Assembly (NCBI GenBank): GCA_046563655.1
Contig: CM102289.1
Span: 4,526,001 to 4,590,000 of the forward strand
From: Yuukianura sp. NJ FZ-2021
Taxonomy: Eukaryota
DNA length: 64,000 nt
Direction of reading: 5' to 3'
The notes beneath the pieces were generated by a model. It was not told where the DNA came from. It ran no database searches and worked only from the letters and a program-made list of their open reading frames with translations. Below are positions 36,872 to 50,300 of the stretch, piece by piece (positions within the stretch are counted from its first letter, which is position 1; every line of letters starts with the position of its first letter). A program made the position numbers and the translations under genes.

Positions 36872-37746
36872 TTAAAATTATATTAATATGAATATAATTA
36901 AAAACTGAAATGAGGCTTCGGGTTAACACTGACAATCAACCTTGTCAACTGCGTATTTTATCACTCAACATTGTTATAATATTATTATCAATGCAAACTT
37001 TGTTCAATGTTAGATATGGGACCAAAAGTATACTCTTGTGATATTAATTTTTCGGATTTGGAGTTTTGTCTATAAAGCGTCCTTCAATGTGTTTTCTAAA
37101 AAGTAAGTTTTAGTGAACAACAAACTAACCAACAATTGAAATGATTCTCATCCTAATGTTCGGGATGACGCATGTCTTTGTGTAAACAACATTCTCCAAA
37201 ATCACAAAAATTGTTTAAAAAGTAGTTTAAAGCTTTAGTAATCTAGAAATGACAAACCTTGAATAAAATTGGTGAGAGTCAAAATTTTTGTTTGCTGAAC
37301 TCAAGGAATTGATTTACGAGATAAAAACTAATTAACTTCCTTTGTGACCTCGATTGTCGAATTTTGATTTCAAACGCATTCGGAATTGTCGTAAATAAAA
37401 TTCAATTAATTTTTGTTGTTTAATCAGGACTTGGGGTAAACCGGAAAATTTTAAGGTCAATTGGAAATTGGAACTTCCTGACGCGACGGTGTTTGTCGGT
37501 GGACAATTTCTTGGAAACCAAAACAATGACTGGAATTCGGAAATTGGAGGTACTGATGACCTCTGGAGATAAGGCCGATACAGAACTAAGTTCTACATCG
37601 TATGTATAAATATGTTCAGCGCAGATGCAAGTTTCATCAAGCTGCACACTACAACTGTCACAATTTAAAAAAAATACATATTTATTTCGCCATTTGGAAA
37701 CTTTTACCTCGAATTAAGTGAACTCTGAATTAATTTTTGAAACAAA

Positions 37747-38638
37747 ATGAAATACTACACGACGTTTATATTTTTTGCGTCACTTTTCTGTTTTGCTTTG
37801 GCCAACAACAATACCGAGATGAGTAAGAAAAATTGTCTTAAATTTAACTTAATTATATTACGCTATTAAATCATTGAAAAAAGAAAGTCATATTTTTGCT
37901 TTTATTTTTCAGAGGAGCTGCCTTTCTACAGATGCCAGCAAGTCGGAAACTTCTCTCACCCGGAGAAATGTACTTCACTCGTCCATTGCAACTCGGAGTT
38001 AATCGCCTATGAAATTGAGTGCCCGCTTTGTACGGATCCGGAGCTTTGTCCCGAGGGAAGACTTTATTATGACGCAGAGCGAGATACTTGTGACACGGCC
38101 GATTTGGCCAAGTGTCCACCACGAGACGAATGCGACGTGACATGCATGCAGGAGGGGTACTGCGACTGCTTTGACACTTGCCTTCCAGGTAATAATTCAT
38201 GGGTAGAAATATACGTTTGGCTCTAGTAGTCGCCTATCACTTTGGGTTAAAATAAATTTAGACAACACCACTTCTACCGGCGGACGATGGAAGAGAGGCA
38301 TCCGATGTGATCTTGGTCTCTACTGGAACCCGGATTACTCAGGCAACCATCACGGTGGTTCATGTGACTTTTGGGAAAACCTGAGTGCAGAAGTACAAGA
38401 GACGTACAGAATGGATAACGGTTGCGTCACGCCGGCACTGGAATGCTACTGGGAAGCTGACCCAGAATGTGACAATAAATACTTCTATTTGCCACACAAT
38501 TCCAAGAACCTCGTGTCAAATCTACAGCATCTTAGCTGCCCAATATCCCCTGAGGGAAAGCAACTGTACTGGAATCAGCACACAAAGGCATGTGGGTTTA
38601 CATGTCAACATGAACCGAATTGTATCTCATGCCCATAA
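37747..38638 (+). CDS. Secreted cysteine-rich chitin-binding type-2 (peritrophin-A/CBM14-like) protein
   Basis: Exons 37747-37822, 37913-38188, 38262-38638. Signal peptide MKYYTTFIFFASLFCFALA. Repeats CQQVGNFSHPEKCTSLVHC...CPEGRLYYDAERDTCD, CDLGLYWNP...CDF, DPECDNKYFY...CP...LYWNQHTKAC. TATAAA at ~37605. Confidence 0.8.
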
Positions 38639-39024
38639 TGATTCACATTTGGATTTAATAATAACAGTAACTATGATTATGTCAATGTAAGTAAAAGCAG
38701 AATAATTTCCTTATTTACCTTAAACATGTATAAATTACTAATAAAAACTTACTGCGATTCAAGTAGAATTGTATTTAAAAACGTCTATTTAATATTGAAG
38801 TCTTGTGGTTACTATATGCTATACAGTAAAGTTGAAACCCTTTATTGAACGCCTGTTTGATGTTCATTGTAATGAGTCATAAAACTTGCATTGAACTTCC
38901 AAACCTTTCTTTTTCTTAAAAAAAAAACTTTGGCGTAAGTGAATTTTCAAGTTTTACTAGAAACCAGGAAGCGCCATCGAAAATTTTCTAACAAGACTAT
39001 TTGTGACATTCTAGACGTAACAAT

Positions 39025-40075
39025 CTAATAGGATCCAGTAGCATTTTTGATGTCTGTCTCACATACTTGCTGGCTTACGTTCCAAGTTCCAGGTCTTGGC
39101 CCTTCATTCTCGTATTCAGCTCTGATCTCCTCCAAAATGCGCACTTCATAAAAAACATTCAGGGTTAATCCAAATGTCTTCCTGGCAATTGTGTTTTTAA
39201 GTAGGCTTACGAAGTTCTTCTAAAGATAATAAGTTGGAGTTGGAATCATCCCGGGGTTCTGATTTAGTGTTAGATTCTGGTTTAGTTTTGGCTTCTGGTT
39301 TAGATTCCTTGTTGGATTTAAATTTGGAGGCGGCGGCACCCACCCCCGCTCCAACCCCAGCTCCTGTGGCGGCACCTGCCGCTCCAATTGCAGCTTGGGT
39401 TCCAACCGCTAATCCAGCAGCTCCAGCACTCTGGAGCGACGCGAAGAAGCTCCCGGCAGCAACTGCTCCTATTGACGACTGCCACGCCGCCGCAAGTGAT
39501 CCTGCCGTAACTCCTGCTGCTCCAAATCCAACCCCAGCTATCAGAATAGGTGCTGCCACCACAGCACCCACTGCTCCCAACGTTGCCACTCCTGCGACAC
39601 CTGCGCCAATTGCCACTTTCTGTCCTGTAGTCAAGCGCTTCGACGGTTTCTTCTCGAGCTTACAATTCCTCCCAGAACCTGACTTAGAAGATGAAGAACC
39701 AGTGGAACCAGAATTGTCTGCAGTTTCAAAATGTTGCTGGCCTTTGCCCACGCTACCACTGGGTTTTGGATTTGTAATAGTAGTTTTAGACGGTGTTGCG
39801 TCATTATTCGAAGATTGTTGGCGCGAAGTAGTTACTCCAGAAATTCCTCCGCTCGAAGTACCTAAAGTGATATAAACCGACAATAATTAGCAAAATTGAT
39901 GCTTGCGTGGACAAATGGAGGAGAGGAAGATAGGTGTTTTGACATTTTAACTTTTGTAATTTTTACTCCCTAATTGCGAATTCATATCCGGAAAGTCAGT
40001 TTGCGTTCCCATATTATTGCGATGACGTGAGGGCGGTCGGCGAGGCAACGCCTGCTTGGCGTTGCTATTACCCAT
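39025..40075 (-). CDS. ISG12/IFI6/IFI27-family (Ifi-6-16 domain) protein with extended N-terminus
   Basis: Core VGAVVAAPILIAGVGFGAAGVTAGSLAAAWQSSIGAVAAGSFFASLQSAGAAG is the ISG12 motif. Exon 1 40075-39967 (MGNSNAK...), intron 39862-39966. Unspliced stop at 39197, or a likely third exon ending at 39025 (LLRILEEIRAEYENEG...). Confidence 0.85.
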
Positions 40076-41163
40076 GTCGATTTCTCCAAAAAAAATTAGT
40101 ATCGGTTTAAAATTATTATTCTAACCAAATGTACCCTGCTACTGCACTTTCTACTAGATGAAACTTTTACTTTTGCTCCTTAACTGTCTACCGTCAAACT
40201 CGAACTCAGATTTACCACGTATACAGTACAAATGGTTTTGTGTAGTATATGGCTATGTCTGTTGCTATGTGTTTTCAAACAGATTTTAAATTCAAGATGA
40301 GATCAAGGCTGTGTTGAAATAGACTAACTAATTTGCGCGTTAATTTCTGTACAGCACTTTGGTAACTGTATTTCATATCTTGCAATTCAATACGTTTGAG
40401 CTTGGTGTAAACAAAAGGAAAGTATGCTTTCCAACTATAGAGTGAATGTCAATATTATCAGGACTATTATCAGCACACGTTAGCATTAATATTTTGATTT
40501 CAAATAAGATAAAAATTGATAAGGTAGGGCTGCGACGAAACCGGAAATACGAAAGTAGCGAAAGATCTGCTTGTAGGTATGTTATTCAACCGTTGGCGTA
40601 TGGAAGTTTTTTTTTATCTTGACTTCATATTGGTAAAAACAGTTGCTAATTGCAGAACAAAAAATACCCTGTGATGGGTTGATACGTTGCCACGCCGCGC
40701 ATCATTTCGTATTCACTTTATTATTATTTTATTACGTTAATTAATTATTACGTCGATTCTTACTAAAGATGCCGAATAGTTTATTAACCCCGAAAAAGTA
40801 CTTGGGATTAACACTGAAGCGAAGAATAAACAAAGATTTGATTCAACACACGCAAAAGAAAATTGAACAAAGCAAATGGTAGAAGGTTATTAATACAAAC
40901 GATTTCAAGTTGTTTTTTAAAGTCAACAAAGGAAGACGCCGGAAAACAGAATACAAACAAAATTATCTCGGACAACTGAATACGGTTTCCATTTAAAGTG
41001 TAATTGGCTCTGTGTAAATGGATTTCAACCCTTTCGCTTTTCTCTTCAATCTCCAAACGATATCAAAGCCCAGAAGAATATGAATCACCACTTCCAGTGC
41101 ACACACCAAAGTAATCTTTGCTTACTGTGCTCACGTCAGCATCAAATAGCAAACAACAAAAAA

Positions 41164-41176
41164 TGACCTTTGACCT
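41164..41176. promoter_or_regulatory. Perfect DR1 nuclear-receptor element upstream of legumain
   Basis: TGACCT-T-TGACCT, ~140 bp before ATG 41315. Confidence 0.55.
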
Positions 41177-41314
41177 TGACGTGTTTCTTTCTGGTAATAA
41201 AATCATGTCGAGAGGAGTTGATCTTTTTCAAACCTTGGCTAGATTTTAAGTTAGACGCAGTTAGTCTCTGAGCAACATCTTCAAGAGTCAGAAATTTTCG
41301 CTTCATTTTTCAAT

Positions 41315-44300
41315 ATGTGGAAAGTAGACTTTTCCATATTGTTACTGCTTGCAGTCTACACTGCTCAAAGCACTGCGTTGACATTTACGTTTTCGCAAGA
41401 AGAATTGAATTCCCTTCGTGTCAAAATCGCTGAAGCAGCGGCCGATGTAGAAACAGAGCCCAAAATAGAGCCTTTGATTCCGTCAAACCAAAATCCAGAA
41501 AATATTTATGCTGTCCTTGTCGCCGGGTCAGCGGGGTATGACAACTACAGACATCAAGTAAGTAAATTTACTTAACAAAGTCATACAACTGGAGATATCC
41601 ATAGTAAACTGACTGAAAGTAAAAAGTCGCTGACAATTTGGAGCGAAACTTTGAAAATTGCTGAGCCTCGGAGTTGTTGCGTAGACCACCCGCAGCCGTA
41701 AATCAGATTCTAAACCCATATTTTTCTGTGTCATGTTCGACTTGCAGGCGGACGTGTGCCATGCATACCAGATTTTGCATAGAAACGGAATTCCGGATGA
41801 AAACATTGTGGTCATGATGTATGATGACTTGGCCCAGAATCCTGAGTGAGTTCTTTGCTTTCTTTGCGTTTTCTCTTTCTTTCTATTTTTTAGAACCGCA
41901 GCCCAGCAACGTTTCCTTCCAGCAGCACCACTGCCGATTCCGCTCTCTACACCCAAATCTAATACTTTTCCGTATAGTGAAAATACAGAAATGAAAAGTT
42001 GCCATCATGAAATCTCCTCTAATGTGGTTAGCCGAGACTCAAACGAATTTCGGCTGTGGCGGGAATCCTAAAATTCACTTTCTCCCGACGCTCTTCCCGT
42101 CGTCCTCAATCTGTCCCTGGACTCTTTCCATTTGTCATAATGTTTTCAAATGTTCATAAAGTTTAAACGCACAACAGTTCAAAATAACGTAAGAAAACGC
42201 TTTCACACGCAAAAAAAGAGAGAAGGCGTGTCAGAATTAAGTTAACCACTTTCCATAAATTTGCATTTGCACTTTGTCCTCTGTCGTTCCCTAGCCGAGT
42301 AGGCTGTTCTTCGTCCAGTGGTCCCATAGTTCACATTCTCTTAAAATTGCAATTAAAACGTCCATAAAGGGCAATAATGGTGAGAATTAAAGGGAAGATA
42401 ATGAATAGCTCAAAGTTTTCAGGGAATGTAGGGAAGCGGAGCGAGTGGTGGCAGAGCAGAAGGAGCAGGAGCTGGTGGGTCGGAATGAAATATTAAGACA
42501 TTGTGAAGCCACAGGGGAAAAGGGAAAGTAAATTATGGAGGACAGAACGAGGGAAAAGCGAAAGAGAAAGGACCGTCTTTTCCCCATCTCCATGCACACA
42601 CACAAAATGCCCATTACAGGTTTTTATTGATTTCCAATTCCAGGAGCGACATAGTCGTCAAAAATGTTGGGCAGTTTTGAGTCCACTCTGCTTGTCCATC
42701 GAAATTTAGAAAAAAATAAAATAAAACCCGCATACAGTTTTTAATTTGTGGACATGACAATTTTGAGCCAAATCAAATTCACATTCGTCTATAACTTGCT
42801 CAGATTTATGATGCATCTTAACGTTGCAGAGATGAAGTTTACGAGAGTGCTAGCCAATCAATTTTATTTGCAGCAATATTTGAAAACTTGTTTATTAGCC
42901 ACTAAATACTTACGCTATGGAATAGACGTGGTTCAGAATGTTGTAAAAATTGACTTTGCTTTGTGTATCGATTCCACAGGAACCCAACGCCAGGTATAGT
43001 AATCAATCGACCGAATGGAACCAACGTCTACGACGGAGTTATCAAAGACTACACAGGAAAGGTAAACAACCACCAGAGGTCAAAGGTCAAATAAAAAGTG
43101 CCAAAGAAAACAAAGGCACACACGTGGGTAAACAATACGAGCAACTTTCAAAGTACTATCTCGGTTCCATTAATTAATCAAATGCCTCTATTATACACAC
43201 TTTTCACTTTATGTACGCTTAACGGTAAAACGAGTGAAAATGGAACAAAATTCCAAAGGAAAGGCTTCATTAGCCTTTAGTTTTAACTCGATTATTTGTG
43301 AATCCATGGAGGCAGAGAAAGAGAGACTACTGAGGGGAAATGGCTTCAGTTTTTTAACGTCAGTGAAAAGCAATCTAATTATACTGGAAATTACCTTCAA
43401 TGGAGGAAAAACAAAATTACCCGGAACAAAAGCCCGGGAAAAGGAAGCTTTTCCATTTTTTAAAGAATTTCCTACCTAACATTGCTTACACTTAAAATCC
43501 TAGTGAAGTATAGGCTAAAAGTAAAGCCATGGTGAGTTTATATTTTAACCGGAAGCGCCATAACTTTCCATTTTGTTTCCTCCTTTCTCGGAATGAGTCT
43601 TTTGGATTTATCCATAGAAACCTCCATTTACATGTTTATTTCCCTCTGGCGAGTGCTACGCCATTTGAAAACAATATACAGCACCACACTACTCGATATA
43701 TTTTGTACTTAAGTCCCTGCATGCTTTTACCCCGCCATGCTCAAAGGTACTAAATATTCGTTTATTTTCAGGATGTAAACCCTGAGACTTTCCTCAAAGT
43801 TTTACTTGGTGATGAAGAGGGGCTACGAGGGATTGGCTCTGGCAAAGTTTTAAAAAGGTAAATACAACGGCGGGAAATTGTTGATCCTCCAAAAACTAGT
43901 GTAAAAGCTGTAATAACGCTTGAGAGTTTAAAAGCCCTGGTTTACTAAAAATTCTCTTCAAAACTTATTTTGGTAGTTACTTGAACTCTGCTTATTATGG
44001 TTTCCTCGGTGCTTGTAGTGAAGCACTACGATTTAGTGACGAAGGTTCTTGTTCCCGCTTAATTTTCCTAGCTTAGGTTAGATACGCGTGGTGGAAAGTT
44101 TGTGATGTTTCGGAAAGTCTGGCTAATTAGTAATTATTCCAGTAATCCAAAACTTTGCAACACTTTGCTCTGGGAAACTTTTAATTCGATTAGTTTCCTA
44201 TAATTCAGAACGTAATTTCAACTTTGCCCTTACACTTTGGATTTGTGCCATACTTCCGTATTAAAACTTATGCTTCACCGTAAGTCCCAAGGTTCACATG

Positions 44301-47300
44301 GCTCCAAGTTTACGACTCACGTTAGGAAAGCATGATAAAATATTTTTGGTAGCGAAACGCGTTACCTTGCGCATGCTCAAGTATTTTTGCTCATCTAATA
44401 TTGAATCCTGGAGGTTTCAATTTTCGAAGTAAATACTGTTGTCTTTGCAGGAATGTTGAATTAGAATATAAAATTTAGTTTGTTCCAGTTTGCATACTGG
44501 AATTTCGATTTATTAAAACTAGAGCATACATATTTTTAGAATAATTGCAACTGTTGAGGATTGAACAGAGGGACTTTGGTTTTTGAATTTCGAAACTCGT
44601 ACTTGTTTTTGGTGCCATAAGGTCACTAGCGATAGCCGATACGGAAGCCATAGCAATTTATTTCAATACAGAAAGCTGGAATTAATGCTAAAATCAATTT
44701 TGCGCAGTGGACCAAATGATCACGTTTTTATCAACTTTGCGGATCACGGAGCTCCTGGATTAATCGCCTTTCCATCGGATGAGCTCCACGCCCGGGACCT
44801 AGAGAGCACTCTCCTCAAGATGCATCAGCAGAAGAAATTTCAAAAGGTAATGCCTCATGCATTTGAATTTAAAGTGATATCAAAGCAAGTGAAAGTTTGT
44901 GTCCAAAGGGAAAGTTCTTGGAGCCATGGATACCCTACTACTATACCTTTATTGAGTTTTAATAGAACTTCCATAGGCTCCATGGCTGTCGCCATTAGGC
45001 TTCTCCCTTCAAAAGTTTTAGAGCAGCAGCAGTACACAAACTTTCGACTTCCTTTTTCGGTTATTATGCTTCAGTCCGGAAAAGTTCAAACTTTGTCTAT
45101 TTGAATTTCAGCTCGTGTTCTACCTGGAGGCTTGTGAGTCGGGGTCCATGTTCGATAAGTTACTTCCGACGCATTTGAATAGTAAGTTTCTCCCTCCCTG
45201 TCATTACTCATCTCATAATGTCACCTCCCGCATGTCGCCTCTACTCCGCCTCCACACTTTCCCTAACCCTGAACGATGTAAAAATCCCATGTCTGGTGCA
45301 TTGTTGTGTTCAAAAACACAAATGTTTCCCACTTAGAATTCCAACTCAGAAGTGGGGCTGTCTGTGAATGCAGCAGGGTCAGACAGCATGGCCCAAGGGC
45401 TCCCTGCTGTGCTAAAGGTTCCCTAGGTGACAAGTTAGTTCATGTCGCCACTTGAGTCTTTACGTTCGACGTTGAAATAGCGGGAGATGCGGGACGCGAA
45501 GAAAGTGTTTTTCCTTTAGTCCTTTTTCCATTGTGTCACTTTCCCTTTGGCGTGTCAAGTTGAGCTGAAAAAGAAAGTTCTTTGCTATTCTTCTGTCGAT
45601 TCGCCTCTTCTGCCCTCAAATTACAACCGGTTCTATGCAAAAGGATTCGGAATTCCATTAAAATCCTCAAAGTGCTTATCTTTCTAAAATGTCTTCCTTC
45701 CGAGAACTCTCTAAATTCAAAATGAAAGAGGCGGGGAAAGGCCCTATTCATTTATTTATGTCATCGGAAAATTCAATTTTTCTCTGCTTCCTTCTTCTTG
45801 TGTCTTCCGCCAATACTTTTTCTTCTCTTGTTTTCCTGCATCCCTTCAGGCCAAATAGAGGAAAGAGAGCTGAGAGAGGAAGAGAAAGCGGTTTAAAAAT
45901 TCCATTTCCAATTTACATAATATATTAACTTCCTTTTCCTCCATAGAATTTTTTTTTGAAAAATTCAACGTCCGGGTTATCCTCAGATGCTTAGGTGTAG
46001 TCCACTTGGAATGATGATGGAGAGGTTTTCTGGCCTCTAGCACTTTTACATTTTGGAGGAGTAATGCCCAAACTATGGGAGAAAGCAAAAAGGAATTTTT
46101 TCTGTCCACCATCCCATTTCAGTTTAAATAAGCCCCGGAATAGTTCCTAACTTATCAAGATCATACATTCAATTTTTTTTTCCATCAGATATCCGATGCA
46201 GAGAAAATTCTTATTCGAGCAGACGCAGCAGTAGTATAGCGGAAAATGCAATGAAATTCTTTCTGCTTTCCTTTGGAATAGAGATCCATTTCAACCAACC
46301 AAAGTAGAATTATTTTTGATATTTCCACATCCTGCGTCTATTTTTCTGTTCGTAGTTTTCAGCATCTGGGTTAGGATTTACTGTTCAACTGCATTCATGT
46401 TACATATTCTCCCTTTTACAACTTTTACAAAAAATCTACTGATCTGATCTTAAAAAAAGGAAGAGATCAATCAAAGAAAATAGTAGGGCTGACAGGGTGG
46501 CAAGGATTTATTATATCGTCTTTTTAGAAACTGTTTTTTAGAATGAGAAATATAAATGGAAATTGAGATCAAACTGAAATCAAATATAACCATTTTCGCT
46601 GTATTCAAAATTTTATATCATTTTATTTTCAAAACATGGATTGTCTACCCCTAAAAGTTTTTGTGTGAACACAACTTTAAAAAGTTGCGAATCTTTTTTT
46701 AACTCTTCCGTTGATCCAATCCAAACTTTTTGAAGCGTCATTTCCAGAAAATGCAAAAGTTTGAATTTTTTCAAACCGCTTTGATGAAAATATATTTTTA
46801 CATGTTGTTTTTTTCTTTTTCGTTTTTTTTTCATATCTAAAGCCAGTTCCTTGAGGTTGAATGAAATCTAATTCCATAAAGTGAAACAGAGCGAATGACG
46901 GTGGAAGTTATACGATTTCTGTCAAAAAAAGTTAGGTTCAGTTTTTTTTTCATATCATACCGTAACACTTTCTATTTTACTTTTCTGTTTTTAGTTTTTG
47001 CTACAACGGCTGCCAACTCTACAGAGAGTTCCTATGCCTGTTACTATGATAACGAGAGAAATACTTACTTGGGAGATGTCTACTCTGTCATGTGGATGGA
47101 AAACTCGGATCAGGTAAGTTTAGTATGAAAGAGAAACAGGAAAAGAGATAGTTTTTGGGAGTAAAAGAAAGTAAGTGGAGAATTCAAATTGTGTGTTCCT
47201 TGGAAAGTGGCGGAGTGTTCGTGATTATGGAGGAGGAATCGTAAAGGAGAGAGTCGTGAAAGAAGGAAGTGAGGCTTTAATTGACGTTTTTATCATTTGA

Positions 47301-50300
47301 GAAAAGACGTAAAAACGAGGGAAATCTTCTGCCTCAACTTTCCTCGCCTTTCTCCCGCCAAAAAAGTCTCTGGCATGAAAACCAAAAGTGTAATTTTATG
47401 AGTGCTGGGCTGGAGAACTTCCTTCTTGAGTATTTCAGGAACAAAAAACTTGGTTTTTTAGGCCTTTTCTTTCTCTCATCCAGGGAAATACATAAGTAAC
47501 GACGATTTTGAATGACTGACACCCGCCTACGTACTTTCCTAATTTCTAATTTCCTAAAAAGTTTTGAGCGAAGACGAGGAAGTCTCTTCTGCCCGAGCGA
47601 CAAGCTCTCATCTAACTTATAATAACTAAATTCATTTCAAAGTTTTATTGCATGGATTTTCCAGCGAGGCGAGTTTGGTATGGAAAAGTTCTTGGAATTC
47701 GGAAGATGGAACCTTTATGAATAAGAAACTACCGCTGTTATTTTCAAAATGGAAATTTTGTCGTTCTCTGTTATTTGAATATTTAGGCAAATTTGGAAGT
47801 GGAGACGCTACAGAAACAATTTTTGGCGGTCAAAAAGGAGACGAATACAAGTCACGTCAAGGAGTTTGGAGACATGAGTCTGCGTGGCCTTCCAGTTTCG
47901 GACTTCTTGGGTCATTCGTCTGAAAGTATTGTCTATCCACCAGTAGAGGTAACAACTTCCGCTATTTACATTTTATAACTAACCCTATACCGTCAAGTAC
48001 CAAATCAATTAGCAAAAGTGCCCTGACACAATTTTAAACATCAAACATATTTGAGGCCGATGCGACGCTCGCTTGTTGACTCATAATTTTTTTTTAAACT
48101 TTCTGTAGAAAATTAAGACAAAGGTGTAAAAATTGTTATATCAGAAAGTTTTGTTCGCAGGAAGATTTCCATGAAACCTTCTTTGATTGTTTACCATAAG
48201 ATGAATAGTGATTCATAAAAAGAAAATGTGCGGAAGCAGACAATTGATTAGTTCTATTTCCTATGCTACTCTGCAGATGCTTTTCTCTTTCCCCCAAGGA
48301 ATGCTATTCAGAGCTTTCTCCTCCAAGTTCTTTCAAGTTCCAAGGAATTCCTGAAGTTTTGAGCTGAATAGATTAGTTTTTCCTTCTGCCTAACTAATAC
48401 AATCTCATCTTCTTCATCTCCAATGGAAAGTTGTCATCCCATTAGACAAGACATCCAAAGATCTGTCACTCCCATCTGCTCCTTCGAAACTGAAAATCTC
48501 TCTCCAGATACTCCCTTCGTACATCATCAAAGTTTTCAATTTCTTCATTTATTTTTTCCAACAGTCAAGGAGTATCAGACATCCTTTATTACACATCTTC
48601 CTTCAACTTTAAAACCAAGTCCGGACAACGTCTATTTAAAATGAGCAACCACACTGCCTTGAAATTTTAATTTGCAAATTTGCAATTGAAATCTTGAGCA
48701 CTGCGTTAGTTTCTTTGAAAAAGAGAAGCCATTTTGCAACTTTTGAATACCAAAACACCTTTTCAAAAGAAAAATTCAGAATTTTAGGAGCACTTTTTAC
48801 AATAATTGCATGAATTATACAATGAATCCTTCACTGCTCAGACTTTTTTCCAAGATAACTATGAAGCATCTCCCAGGGAAAGGACGCATGAGATTTCATT
48901 TAGGGTTCACTACCAGCACTATATGCAATAGTGTTGTGCTCTGGTTAAAAAATGTTTGTTTTAACAAAAATTTCTTTTTGTTGAATTTTTAGTAGGGTTT
49001 CATGTTTTTGAAAAGCGAAACTTTAGGAGTAGTTTTCACTTTTGTACACATAAGCTGGACAAAATGGGAAAGAGCGACATTGTTTCAGGAGAACTTTTGT
49101 AAGCTCCTTTCTCCTCCTGCATTAGTCAACGTTTTAAACTTTTCAATAATCTTCCACTTGGGAATTCTATAGAAAGTTATATGCGGTATAGAAAACTGCT
49201 TGAAAGCTTGCTGGCTAGAAATGTGGAAGTTTGGTTTCTAAAGCTTTGCAGTGATTACAGTTTCCATTCACAATCATAATTGTAAAATACTGTGAACCTT
49301 TCAAAACAGAAATTTGAAGAATCAAAAGAAAATACAAGTTGTATAATTTCTATCCGTTTTCAGTTGGATGCAGTAGATGCGAGAGACGTTCCTCGGATTT
49401 TGTTGGAGCGCAAAGTGTCTTCGAGTCGAAGTTTAAAAGAAAGGAAGGAGGCTGAGATCAAGTTGAATCGTTTTCACAAAGTAAGTCAAATAGAAAACTT
49501 TTCTTCATCATCAAAATCACTCTTTTTGAATTTTCCCTCTTTCCTTCCGCTCGCGAGAAACCTAAAATAGCAAAAGAGAGAAAATGGAAGAAGGGATTTT
49601 GATTTTCATTTCAAAATGCAATTAACATTCAATGGAATCAGAAAACGCTCAAAGGGATTTGTACTACGTCGTAGGAAGCCAAGTTTCAAAAACGAAAAAC
49701 CATTTTCACTTAAGATGAAGCGCCTTTTCTGAAATTCTTGGTTTGTGCTACGACTTTCTTCGAAGTTCTTAGTTGAGCCCTCCTAAAAAGTGTTTTCTTT
49801 CATTTAGAGCTGACTTGATTCAAAGAGAGCAATGGTGTCTACAAAGAGAAAGTTTTAAGTTGCTTAATCTCTGGACTCAGTGGCCCATGTTGTTTTGCCT
49901 TTTCTCAGTTGACAAGTCAGCAGTCCTCAAGGGCTCTTGAGTACTTTTCTAAACTTAGTGGTTGGTTGGTGCAGAAACTAAAACAGGCGTGAAATTTTCC
50001 TTTTGCAAAGATTAAGAATCTTTCTTATTCCTAATCGCTTCCTACCGTAAATCACCACATTAAGAAATGGGTTACAAAACGAACACTTTTGATCTAACGC
50101 GTTTGTTTATGATTATTTAGAAGTTGAATGGAATGGGTTTTCACTTTCAGTTGCCGCTCACGCGCTCCGTTTCCGCTCCTAATGATGATGAGAAAAGTTT
50201 TGAACAACTTTCTTGAAAAGTTTTGCCAAAAATTACAAGGGTTTTAATTTTTTAATTTATTAGATGCGAAGCTTCGTTACGGCCCAGTTCATGGACATTT

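Noticed and set aside
39234..39875. 213-aa + strand Ala/Pro-rich ORF
   Set aside because: Antisense shadow of the Gly/Ala-rich ISG12 coding exon.
40525..40565. Tandem GAAA cores resembling an ISRE upstream of the ISG12 gene
   Set aside because: Spacing is 3-5 nt rather than GAAANNGAAA, and the preceding TAGGGCTG looks like a transposon terminus.
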